DNA of 64,000 bases from a virus: positions 96,001 through 160,000 of IMG/VR virus record IMGVR_UViG_3300047510_001751; one strand, written 5' to 3'. Positions 36,957 to 47,388 of the stretch are shown here, piece by piece. Every line of letters starts with the position of its first letter. Position 1 is the first letter of the stretch. The notes under the pieces are model-generated. The model had not been told where the DNA came from. It saw only the letters and a list, made by a program, of their open reading frames with translations, and did not search any database. A program made the position numbers and the translations under genes.

Positions 36957-39900
36957 TCAAACCGAGTAAGGAATGACATCATTTCCTGAATCTATAACAT
37001 TAGATCCAGATATTACTGTACAACCAGTAAAGGATGTTGAAGTTTTTCCTGTATAGGAAATAACAGTGTATTGAGTAGAAGAACCTTGGAATAATCGGCC
37101 ATTTGTCGGGAACTTAGAAGTATTGCCAACTACAGTTAAAATATTTGTTACTGAAAGATCAGTTGAAACAGATAATACAACTGGATTTTGAATTGTTGGT
37201 ATTGCTAAATTAAAACGATCTCCAGATAAAGTAATTGCTGAATTTTCTCTTTCTATAAAATCATTTATAGTAACTAATGGATACATCATTGAAAGTTCTT
37301 CAATTGTATTGGCAGTAGATAGCAAACCAGTGTCAACAAATCTATTTCCTTCGTATGTTCCAAAATTAAATCCAGCATTTATTGAATAATATGAAGTATA
37401 AAATTCATCAATTATAATAGCTTTATTTTGTACTTCTACTATTCCGCTGTTTCTGGTCAATACTTCATTTATAGGATCTTCTAAAATTACTTCTCCTGTT
37501 CTTGTAAGAATAACATTATCTAATATAATTGATTCCAAATAATAATCTAAAGTTCCTGTTTTATAGAACCTAGTTACATCAGCATTTTTAGCTAACTTAG
37601 AAGATAATAGATTTGATAATGTGTATACAGTTAATGGAACGTCTAATTCAGTTGTAATTGTATTAGACGATTGAATATATGTATTATCAGCATATAAATT
37701 ATGATTTAATTTTATTTCCCTAGAAATAGGATCAGATAAAATAGTAGTTAATGTAGATACTACAGATAAAGCATTTGCTGCTAATATAGTAATATTAGTT
37801 GATTCCACTAAATTAGTGTTATCTAAACCAATATTAACAAAGTTTGTAATTAATCTATCGCTAGTTACTAAAGAAGTGCTAAGTACACTAGATACAGAGC
37901 TAAAGGTATAATCAACTTCTGTTGTAATTGTGGAAGAAGTAATTATATCTAATTCTAAGTTAATCGATTGTACTGTTGTAATTTCTTTGTCTGTCTCACC
38001 AGACATTTGAACATTAACAGCATTCGATACATTTAATACTCCTGCTTCAGCAAGTGTAGAAACATAACTTTGAGTCGAGTAAATATTTGTGACAATATTA
38101 TATGATGTTGGGGGAATTATAATTATTTCCTTAATAACATCAATTTCTTTTACATTAGGTATTTCAAAGTTATGTTGAGTATTAATTTCTCTCGAAACAT
38201 CCTCTACTACATTTACTTCAGCAATTAATGAAATTGATTGTATTAATACAGTAGGTTGTGGAATGACCGTAGAAGTAACTTCGGTAGTAAATATAGTTGT
38301 AGGTCCAACAGGAACTATAGAAATTAGTTCTGGTAAATGTCTCAAATAATCACCAGCTTGGTGAGTTATTGCTGTTGTTCCAGCAGCTCCTCTCTCCACT
38401 CCAAGAAAACGATCAGAAAGCTTTTTAGCATATCTAACAATTTCCTTGCCGATAAGAAGCCTACTAGCATCAGGGAATCTTCTGGTATCAGGAATATAAA
38501 CAATAGTATCTGTTAAAGATAATGGGGCGTCTAAGAAAGCACCAATATCATTTGTAGCATCGGAAGGAATTTCAATAATAGCATTATTTAAAATTTTATT
38601 AATGTTTAAAGTAATTTCTTTATCAATAGAAGATATTGTGGAAGAAGAAACAATATCTGCTGGAATATCAATAATAGAAGTAATTTCTCTTGATACTGTA
38701 TATTGAAGAGCCTCAGCAATCAAAGTTTTCGAATCAATTAAAATTTCTGTATCAAATTTTTTCTGAGCAGTTGCCAAAATTTTTGGCTTTGGTGTTATAA
38801 TTTGAGTAACAAATCTTTGTAATTCTTGATTATCTACTAACCCACTGAGAGTAATAAGAGAAAAGACTCCGATTGCTGCTGGACCATCACCAGAAATAGT
38901 TATAGTAGAAATTGTACTATACTCAGTTGTAATAGTTACACTAGAAGAAATGTTTAGTACAGTTGATGAATCAATTTTTCTACCAAATTGTTTAATTCTA
39001 TTATATCCTCTAGCTACAACAACCTTGGGCGGTTGAGTATACCCAGAACCCCCATCAATTAATACAATATCAAGTATTTGGCCCCCGTAAGCTATTACCT
39101 CGGCCTTAGCTCCTCCGCCATTTCCGTCAACTGGAATAAAGTAAACTTTTGGTGTTGTGTAATATTGATACGCTGTTGGTTGTAATAAAACACCCTTCTC
39201 AAAATAAAGTTGTAAATCTCTCTTATTATATTCAATATCTGAAACATTCAAGGAACTAATTGAGCCATCTTCAAAATCTACATTAGCAGTAATACTTAAT
39301 CCTTCGCCCCTTGTAATGCCTTCATAATTTGTAGACCTTACTTTAGTATAAATCTGATTTGAAATATATTCTGACGGATTGTAATTTCGTGTGTTAACAA
39401 AATTAGGCAAAGATACTATTTCACGGTAATCAAATTCTCCATCAATTTGAATTTTATCTCCAGGATATAAATTAGCATTTAATACATTTTTTTCCAACCA
39501 AGCATCATCGCCTAATTTAGTATCAAACAACCAAGCTGGAATATTTCTTTTTAATATTCTAGTTCCTTCAGAATCAACTTCGTAACTATACTCAATAGAA
39601 TCTACATTGTTTAATGGATACTCTTTATATTGTGTAGTTACTTGGGGAACAAAAACTGGATCACTTGACAATACATTAATTTCTCCATAATAAGGACCAA
39701 AAACATCGACATAATAATATTTTTGTATATTTGTGGATGCCGATAATTCCCAAGTAATAATATTGTTAAAAGATCCATTATTTTGAACAGGATCGACCTC
39801 ATAGTTTTGGTTGTAATATGTTCCTGTGTAATCAGTAACAAAAATTCTTCCAAAAACAGAAGGATTTGAATCTAATTGATAATAATATAAAGATGTAGTA

Positions 39901-42900
39901 TCGTTTGGAACAATCCAAGAAATTGTTCCTGTAGATTCTCCATTATTGGTAATATTTTCTGTTACAGCGATTTTATTTCCAAATCCATCGTCTTTAACAA
40001 TAGATACAGAACTTGGAGAAGTGATATTTAAATCTAATGTATTATAGGCAGCAATAAAAATAATTGGATTTGGATCTGTAGGTCTTCCTACATCAATAAA
40101 TGAAGTTCCATTATATGAAATATTATATGGGGTAGTCTCAATATTTTGTGGTTCTAACCTATCTAAAATATAGAAAGGTCTTCCATCAGAATTTACATTA
40201 AATGATACTGTGTTTCCTTGTCTAAGTGTTATTGTAGAAGAAGCCAAATTTTGTGTTGGATTTGCTGGATTGGTGACAACCCAATCATTTACATCGACAG
40301 GAAAAGCAACATCATAATTATAACTAGCTGTATCTAATTGTTCAACTAAAATAACAGATTCTGTAAATTCTTCGGTGTTTATAATTTTTAAATCAGGATC
40401 CGACAAATCTATAGTATCAGATAAATTATGATTTATCAAATATACAATAATTTCGTCATTTGATATTTTATTATATCCTCGTATATAACCTAATGTATTT
40501 TCTCCTTCATTTAAAATAATTTTATCGGTAGATAAAAATGTATATAAATCACTAAACGTCTGATAAACGTTATTGCCAACAATCGTTAGATTAATTGAAT
40601 TATAGTAAGTATCTGGCTCAAAATCATAGAACGTTAATGTTTTTGGAAGATCTCTTCCATAAGCCAATATAATAGAAACTTGTTGATAAATTATTTCGCC
40701 AGATTCAGAAATATATTTTTGAAGAGGATTTGTGAATGTAATATTAGGTCCTACAATTTGATAGGCATCTCCCTCTCTTTGTAAAACACCATCAATAATA
40801 ACAAAAGCATATAGTGGCTCATCAATTTTCTTTACTCGATTTTCTATTTCATCTAAAATTAAGTATGGACCACCACCTCTAAATTCAATCAGTTTATTTT
40901 CAATCGTAAATCTTTCGTAATTGCCAATTGTGTAAATAAAACACTTTTCATTTCCTTTTAGTTCAGAGGGAACATCGTTAACATATGGATCTTCTTGATC
41001 TATAGGAGCGGAAGAAAAAACAATCTTATCTGTTACATTAAGATCTTCTGATCTTAAAATATAATATGAATTGCCAAACTGAGTGTCTGCCGAAGACTTA
41101 GCATTTTGAATAACACCATTAAGAGTTACAATTAAATTTTCATTTTGTTCGGTTTTGACGATATTATTATCTTCATAATATAAATCAAATTCTTTCTTGA
41201 TACCATCAAATTGATTAGCTATTGATTTAATTTTTTTAAAATAGCGAGAATTTAAAGAACTATTTTTGAATTTAATTGCTCTTCCGTAAAATCTTTGAGC
41301 AGCAACTTCCTGCCCCTCAACAACTCTAGTTCCAAATGGAGGTTGAGAAAATTCAATATTAGTACCAGAAATAGTATATGATTTTCCTGGCTCTTGTAAG
41401 ACCCCATCCAGAGTTACAATCAATTGCTGAGAATTGTTTAAAAATAATGGTAAACCATTTTTAGCATCAATTAATGTAAATTGTGTAGTTCCCACAACTT
41501 TGCCAGTATTGGGATCAAAATCTCCGTTAAATTCTGGAGATAATGTTACTTCGTAAGCTAATGTTTCAGATGAATCAAAAGTATCTACTGAAACAGCACC
41601 CAATCCTCTTTCTACAAGTAAAGACTCGTATTTTATGTAAGAAGTAGTAATATATTTTTTAGTTTCGATTACTGTAATATTAATTGGACCAAGACTGATA
41701 GAACTATACGTTTCTATAGTTTTTTGTTCGGATGGCATCGTTATTGAGCTATCCGTTTCAATTAATACTTCACCAAATAATTGGAAACCAGCTGGGTGAG
41801 TAGTTTCTTTAATTAAATCTTTCCATATTTGAATTGGAGTTTTAGATTTAATTACATAAGAATAATCTTGATAAAAATAAGAATCTAATAATTTTTGTGA
41901 GTTAGCTCCAATTTTTCCTTTATCAGAAGAATAAAATCCTAGATTATCGTAATACGATCTGATATCAGAATTAAATTCTGTAGAAATTTGAGCAACTAAT
42001 GTAGCAGTTCTATTATTATCTTTTCCTACAATAGTATAATTATCTTCAAATATACCCTCAATGTTCTCTACTTTTAGGAGATTGCTACCTGCTCTCCAAC
42101 CATTTTTTGATACTTTTGCTTTTGCTCCTGTAAATGGTTGAACAATAAATTCTCCAGGGTAAAAATCATAATCATTAAAATCTTTTAATAGAAATGTTGT
42201 AGTTGATTTATATAATGGCGTGGTTGTTTTATCAGCATTAAAATAATATCCATTATTTACAATTGTGATATTTTGAGGTACGCCAATGTTGTCAGATTCT
42301 AAAAAGACATTCAAATCAGATTCAACTATTTTTACTGAAGGTTTTTGATCAAATTTGCCTCCATTTAAAACAATAATTGAAGTTATTTTGCCACCTTCTT
42401 GAATACATTTAAAGTTGTATTCAGAAGATGAATTAGTAATAATTGCTTTTGGTTTTGAATAATTTATTCCAGGTTCAATAATATTAAAACCAACAACAGT
42501 ATTGTTTAAGGTATCGTAAATGGGATCTACGATACACTCGTATACAGAGGAAGGAAGAATACCATCAATAGTTGGTATTCTTTTATAATTTTGTCCAGTG
42601 TTGGTAATTTTTATGCTATTGATTTTTCCAATAGCAAAAGGAGATGTGGTTGTATATGTAATTTGTCCTGAACCATCATATTCTGGTGTAGATGATAGAG
42701 TATAAACAATTTTATTATTAGTTACATAACTTACTGATTTTTCTCCAATTAAAGGATCATCTACAATTTTTAAAAATGAATTATTGGTATTAACGTCGGG
42801 AGATACTTTGATGAAATAAAAATAATTACTAAAATTAATTCTTTTTCTTTCTGTAAAACTATTATTAGATATATTTGGACCAAATCCTAATTTTATAGTT

Positions 42901-45900
42901 ACAAAAGACCCAGGATTTCCTGGGGAAATAGTACTTACAAATTTTTCTTCCGTGAAAATATTGTAATTTGAGCTAGCAGAAAAATCTAAATAAGTGCTAG
43001 CCATTGAAAAATGACTAACATCAAATTTATATTTGTAGTATTTTTGAATCTGTATAATAGGATTAGTTATTAAATTATCTTCAGATCCCTTAGAAAATTC
43101 CAAATTAAATTCTGGCTCTTCTACAGTTTTGATTGTTACCAGTTTAGCTGGTGTACTAGAATCAAAGAAAATAGAACTTTGTAATATTTTTACTGGAGAT
43201 GTTGTTCCGTAATCATAAGATACAAAAATTTGCTTCTTAAATTCATCATATGAAATAATATATGGAGTATTAACTTGATCACCAAATGGTCTGTAATTTT
43301 GATCAAATCTATAATTTCCTTCAAATAAAGAAACTGATAACCCGTCAAAATGATTTGATGGTCTTGTTCCTTTTTGTCCTCTTTCTACTCGAACAAGTTT
43401 TTCTTCTATACTAACGCTACTAATTTTTACAATTTCTTCGTTTAATTTTAAATAATCTCCAATTGATAAATTATTAATATTAGATAATTTTAACAAAGAA
43501 TTACTAGCAGAAAAACCTACGTGATCGACAGCAATGTAAAGTCTTTGCTCATTACCTGTATTAGATAATCTATTAAGATCTTCATCCGATACAGTTAAAA
43601 CATCTCCAGGTAAGTAACCAATACCTTTATTTGTTATAGTTACTTTTCTAACTGGACCATAGCCTAAACCATCAATATTTGAAATTTCTATTGTTGCTCT
43701 GGCATTATTTGGATTACCTGAAAGTCCCAATCCATCTCTTGCTTTCGTAGAATCTTGAAAAATTAATTCTACATCCTCGTAAGTAGCAAACGAATAATCT
43801 GCTCCGCTGTTTAAAATGTCAGCACTTCCTATTCCTTTATCAATAATACGAGAAGAATGTGTTACCGAATTTAAAATAGCTGTTTGATATAATCTTTTTC
43901 TTACAAAATAAGTCGTTTCAGTTAAATTATCATTTGGTAAAACATCAACATTAATTTTATCGCCAATAGCAACATTGTGATTTTCGTTAGTTTCTAAAAT
44001 AGCAACTTTATCGTCTATTTCAAAAATGTTCAGATTTTTGCTTAAAGAAAATTTACTTATAATTTTTGATCTGGAAGTATCTCCTAAGTTACTACTTTTT
44101 AAGAAATATGTGTTGTCAACAATAAACTCTCCACTAATTACTTTTATTTTTAATGAATTTTGACGTAAAATTCCTTCTAAAACTTCTCCTACAGCAATGT
44201 TAGAATTACTCTTGCCTTTGCCGTCAGTTAATGTTAAAATAGATCCTTTGGTAAAGGTAGAGTTTTTATCTAAAATTAATGTTAATACTTCAGTAGAAGA
44301 CGAAATAGGATCAGTTAAATTAAATTCGCCAGAAACATTTCGTAAGACAAATTCATCGTCATTTAACACATCTCCAATTAGTACACCACCAGCTTCATTT
44401 CCATCACTGTGGAGTTGAGTAATTGTATCCCCTTCAAACAAATATGCTATATTGGTAGTTCTTATTTGAATTGCTTTTGTTTGTTCTGATTCTAAAGAAA
44501 CAACATCTTTACCTTCTACCGAAGAAACAATAGCTTCAGCTCCAGAACCTTCCGTTAAAAAGTCATTAATTGAAACAAATGAATTAACAGAGAAATTTTC
44601 TGGTGAGTTGTAAATAGTGGCTTTAGAAACATTACCCGATTTTACGTCTTTAATAAAGCCAAAAAATTCAGCGCCATTTTCTTCAAAATCAGAAGTCTTT
44701 AATCTTTTTACATTTACTGGAATATCATCTTGAGAAATTTTAGAATTGTAATTAGAATCTACTGGCAACGAGTAATAATTGCTTCCCAAAACATAAGGGA
44801 AAATGGGAGTATTATTTGAATCTATTGAAAGGAAATAAGCATATACTCCATTTGGATAATCTGGGGTTACACAAAATCTTCCATTATTTTGATCTAACTC
44901 AAGTTTTCCTGATTGTACACTAGGAATCCATACATAATCATCAATAAAAGATCCTAATGGATATTGAGAAATGGCGGGGCCGTTTAATCTAGAATTTCTT
45001 AATTGATAGCCACTAGATAACCTAGCAATAGAAGAACTACTGTTTACTGGATTAGAATAACCATACGGACCATAAATTGGATTGCCATCATAAGCATACC
45101 CAATAATAGGAGAATGCTTCAATGTAGCGGTTTCTTCATAAACAGAAGTTAAGTTATCACTCAACCTTCTTCTTAAAACTACAGGATTTGCTACTACACC
45201 ATAACCATAATTTTTTGAACTGTCAAAATTTGGGAAAGCACCTGAATTATTTGTGTCTAAAGATGTTTTAACATTTTCATATCTATTTTTTACCCATCTT
45301 TTAATTTTTGCTGATGCTTGGGCACCTTTTCCTATCGGATCAACAAAAATAGTTACGGATCCTCTAGTGTAAAATCTTCCTCCACTAATTCTTCTACAGG
45401 AATCGATTTTTCCTTCGTTGGTTAAAATAGCTTCATACTCAGCAAAATTGCCTTTTCCTAGTTCATCAATAATTCTAATAATCGGAGGAGAAGAATAATA
45501 TTGTCCAGAATTAACAACATTAATACTGGTAATTCTGCCATCAGTAACAACAGCAGAAAGTTTTGCTCCTTCACCAGAAGTAATTCTAATTACAGGATCA
45601 TCTTCATAATTATCATTTGAAATTAAATTTATGGAACCAACAGTTTGCCCAGATAACGTTGACAATGCTTTATTTGGTTGCTCATTAACTAAAACATAAG
45701 GAGGTGCTTCGTAACCATTTCCTTTACTGTCAATATTAATGGTTTCAATGCCACCAAATTTTACTGAATCAAAATCTTTATAACCAAAAATTGGAGAACC
45801 ATCGACTAAAATACCAACATCTCTAGAAGTAGTCTGATATACTTCAGTTGTAGTAATTGGTTGTTTTCTTATTAGCTTTAAATGTTTTTGATCAGATAAT

Positions 45901-47384
45901 ATCTCAGTAGTTTCTAAAGTTAATAGAACAGAAGCAGACGGATATGAAGATGAACAAATGTAATAATACTGCTCGTCCTCATAAATGGCAGAAATATCTG
46001 CATTTAAATCACCTACCTGTGAATTTACTCCAGGAACAATTGAATTTACTTTTGTGAAATCCGTATTTACAAACCAGCGGATTGAATCAGTTTCTGTACT
46101 ATAAATTATTGGATTTCTAGTTTCGACGCCAGAAGTTTTAACCTGGATTAAATCTCCTGTTTCTGAATATGGATACCCTTGTTTTGGTAAAAGATTGTAT
46201 AAAATTCCTAAAGTAATTAAAGAAACTCCAGATCCCTCTATTGTCGAATAGCTGTATACCTTTTGTCCTTCTGTATGTAACTGTTGAGCAGAACGATCAT
46301 CTATTACGAATTGATTGAGATTTTTTTCGGTGTATTCAAAAATTTCCGAACCAATTTGAATTTTTCCTTGTTTTGGAAATCCTTGGGTGGAAAATACATC
46401 AATTCTATTTCCATTACCATAAGAAGGAGAAATTGTACTTCTTAATGTTGTTTTACCAGCAACTTTAAAAGAACCATTCACTGATGAAGGTTCTAAAACA
46501 ATTTCGTAAATCTCTTCGTTATCTACTTTTCCTACGTATGAAACACTATCAACAACAGCAGAAGCGAATGTAATTGATTTATCAAAATCGTCAATAGATT
46601 GTGTAATTATATTGCCAATTAAATTATTTACATTGCCAGAAACTACCTTGACTTTTAAGGCATATTTGTTGACCCAATCAGATGTAGAAGATTTTAATGT
46701 AAAATCCTTGGGATTGTAAACAGATACTGTTTCTTCTGGGTCTTTTGAAATTATCGAGTTAAAAATAAATTTTATAGATCTCTCAGTACCTTTTGCTTTA
46801 TAAAAATCACTAATATTTTTAATTAATGTTCTTTTGTCTACATTGCCCTTGAGATATTTTTCTGGGAATGCACCAAGATACTCCTGCTCAAAGTTTTTAA
46901 CAAAAGCATACAAAAACAAATTGCTAATGTTGAAAACTTCATCTCCAGTATAATGTGGAGCTGATTGTGTAGTGACAAATTCTGAAGATGTGTATAGATC
47001 TCCTAGCGTAGTGTTGCCACTTACACCTCTCGATACTTCTAAAAATTGTGTGTCTGTTCTTTCTTTGTAAAAACAAATTTCATCACCAATTCGTAAATAT
47101 CCATTTTCTACTGGAAAAGATGTAGCATCTTCTACAACAATAGTTGTTACTGAATTGGAAATTGATGAAACTAATTTTGTTTTTTGGTTTAATAAATTAC
47201 TTTCATAATAATTAATATCACGGTATTTTTCGATATTATGAAGTATGTCTAATGGCTTTCCAGTAGATTCTAACTGCTCGTAGTATTTTTCTACGAACGT
47301 GCTAAATTTATCGTATTCAGATGATATAAACCCTGGTAATTGATTTTCAATTAGGGTTGAAATTTTTCTTATCTTTTCGGCCAT
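36957..47384 (-). CDS. gp7: Baseplate wedge initiator (3475 aa)
   Basis: LIKNISDFYKAKGT, HSPIIGYAYDGNPIYGPYGY, LDQNNGRFCVTPDYPNGVYAYF, DSYFYQDYSYVIKS..HPAGF; position between gp6 and gp8. Confidence 0.9.
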   Translation of the reverse strand: MAEKIRKISTLIENQLPGFISSEYDKFSTFVEKYYEQLESTGKPLDILHNIEKYRDINYYESNLLNQKTKLVSSISNSVTTIVVEDATSFPVENGYLRIGDEICFYKERTDTQFLEVSRGVSGNTTLGDLYTSSEFVTTQSAPHYTGDEVFNISNLFLYAFVKNFEQEYLGAFPEKYLKGNVDKRTLIKNISDFYKAKGTERSIKFIFNSIISKDPEETVSVYNPKDFTLKSSTSDWVNKYALKVKVVSGNVNNLIGNIITQSIDDFDKSITFASAVVDSVSYVGKVDNEEIYEIVLEPSSVNGSFKVAGKTTLRSTISPSYGNGNRIDVFSTQGFPKQGKIQIGSEIFEYTEKNLNQFVIDDRSAQQLHTEGQKVYSYSTIEGSGVSLITLGILYNLLPKQGYPYSETGDLIQVKTSGVETRNPIIYSTETDSIRWFVNTDFTKVNSIVPGVNSQVGDLNADISAIYEDEQYYYICSSSYPSASVLLTLETTEILSDQKHLKLIRKQPITTTEVYQTTSRDVGILVDGSPIFGYKDFDSVKFGGIETINIDSKGNGYEAPPYVLVNEQPNKALSTLSGQTVGSINLISNDNYEDDPVIRITSGEGAKLSAVVTDGRITSINVVNSGQYYSSPPIIRIIDELGKGNFAEYEAILTNEGKIDSCRRISGGRFYTRGSVTIFVDPIGKGAQASAKIKRWVKNRYENVKTSLDTNNSGAFPNFDSSKNYGYGVVANPVVLRRRLSDNLTSVYEETATLKHSPIIGYAYDGNPIYGPYGYSNPVNSSSSIARLSSGYQLRNSRLNGPAISQYPLGSFIDDYVWIPSVQSGKLELDQNNGRFCVTPDYPNGVYAYFLSIDSNNTPIFPYVLGSNYYSLPVDSNYNSKISQDDIPVNVKRLKTSDFEENGAEFFGFIKDVKSGNVSKATIYNSPENFSVNSFVSINDFLTEGSGAEAIVSSVEGKDVVSLESEQTKAIQIRTTNIAYLFEGDTITQLHSDGNEAGGVLIGDVLNDDEFVLRNVSGEFNLTDPISSSTEVLTLILDKNSTFTKGSILTLTDGKGKSNSNIAVGEVLEGILRQNSLKIKVISGEFIVDNTYFLKSSNLGDTSRSKIISKFSLSKNLNIFEIDDKVAILETNENHNVAIGDKINVDVLPNDNLTETTYFVRKRLYQTAILNSVTHSSRIIDKGIGSADILNSGADYSFATYEDVELIFQDSTKARDGLGLSGNPNNARATIEISNIDGLGYGPVRKVTITNKGIGYLPGDVLTVSDEDLNRLSNTGNEQRLYIAVDHVGFSASNSLLKLSNINNLSIGDYLKLNEEIVKISSVSIEEKLVRVERGQKGTRPSNHFDGLSVSLFEGNYRFDQNYRPFGDQVNTPYIISYDEFKKQIFVSYDYGTTSPVKILQSSIFFDSSTPAKLVTIKTVEEPEFNLEFSKGSEDNLITNPIIQIQKYYKYKFDVSHFSMASTYLDFSASSNYNIFTEEKFVSTISPGNPGSFVTIKLGFGPNISNNSFTERKRINFSNYFYFIKVSPDVNTNNSFLKIVDDPLIGEKSVSYVTNNKIVYTLSSTPEYDGSGQITYTTTSPFAIGKINSIKITNTGQNYKRIPTIDGILPSSVYECIVDPIYDTLNNTVVGFNIIEPGINYSKPKAIITNSSSEYNFKCIQEGGKITSIIVLNGGKFDQKPSVKIVESDLNVFLESDNIGVPQNITIVNNGYYFNADKTTTPLYKSTTTFLLKDFNDYDFYPGEFIVQPFTGAKAKVSKNGWRAGSNLLKVENIEGIFEDNYTIVGKDNNRTATLVAQISTEFNSDIRSYYDNLGFYSSDKGKIGANSQKLLDSYFYQDYSYVIKSKTPIQIWKDLIKETTHPAGFQLFGEVLIETDSSITMPSEQKTIETYSSISLGPINITVIETKKYITTSYIKYESLLVERGLGAVSVDTFDSSETLAYEVTLSPEFNGDFDPNTGKVVGTTQFTLIDAKNGLPLFLNNSQQLIVTLDGVLQEPGKSYTISGTNIEFSQPPFGTRVVEGQEVAAQRFYGRAIKFKNSSLNSRYFKKIKSIANQFDGIKKEFDLYYEDNNIVKTEQNENLIVTLNGVIQNAKSSADTQFGNSYYILRSEDLNVTDKIVFSSAPIDQEDPYVNDVPSELKGNEKCFIYTIGNYERFTIENKLIEFRGGGPYLILDEIENRVKKIDEPLYAFVIIDGVLQREGDAYQIVGPNITFTNPLQKYISESGEIIYQQVSIILAYGRDLPKTLTFYDFEPDTYYNSINLTIVGNNVYQTFSDLYTFLSTDKIILNEGENTLGYIRGYNKISNDEIIVYLINHNLSDTIDLSDPDLKIINTEEFTESVILVEQLDTASYNYDVAFPVDVNDWVVTNPANPTQNLASSTITLRQGNTVSFNVNSDGRPFYILDRLEPQNIETTPYNISYNGTSFIDVGRPTDPNPIIFIAAYNTLDLNITSPSSVSIVKDDGFGNKIAVTENITNNGESTGTISWIVPNDTTSLYYYQLDSNPSVFGRIFVTDYTGTYYNQNYEVDPVQNNGSFNNIITWELSASTNIQKYYYVDVFGPYYGEINVLSSDPVFVPQVTTQYKEYPLNNVDSIEYSYEVDSEGTRILKRNIPAWLFDTKLGDDAWLEKNVLNANLYPGDKIQIDGEFDYREIVSLPNFVNTRNYNPSEYISNQIYTKVRSTNYEGITRGEGLSITANVDFEDGSISSLNVSDIEYNKRDLQLYFEKGVLLQPTAYQYYTTPKVYFIPVDGNGGGAKAEVIAYGGQILDIVLIDGGSGYTQPPKVVVARGYNRIKQFGRKIDSSTVLNISSSVTITTEYSTISTITISGDGPAAIGVFSLITLSGLVDNQELQRFVTQIITPKPKILATAQKKFDTEILIDSKTLIAEALQYTVSREITSIIDIPADIVSSSTISSIDKEITLNINKILNNAIIEIPSDATNDIGAFLDAPLSLTDTIVYIPDTRRFPDASRLLIGKEIVRYAKKLSDRFLGVERGAAGTTAITHQAGDYLRHLPELISIVPVGPTTIFTTEVTSTVIPQPTVLIQSISLIAEVNVVEDVSREINTQHNFEIPNVKEIDVIKEIIIIPPTSYNIVTNIYSTQSYVSTLAEAGVLNVSNAVNVQMSGETDKEITTVQSINLELDIITSSTITTEVDYTFSSVSSVLSTSLVTSDRLITNFVNIGLDNTNLVESTNITILAANALSVVSTLTTILSDPISREIKLNHNLYADNTYIQSSNTITTELDVPLTVYTLSNLLSSKLAKNADVTRFYKTGTLDYYLESIILDNVILTRTGEVILEDPINEVLTRNSGIVEVQNKAIIIDEFYTSYYSINAGFNFGTYEGNRFVDTGLLSTANTIEELSMMYPLVTINDFIERENSAITLSGDRFNLAIPTIQNPVVLSVSTDLSVTNILTVVGNTSKFPTNGRLFQGSSTQYTVISYTGKTSTSFTGCTVISGSNVIDSGNDVIPYSV

Positions 47385-47388
47385 CTAA

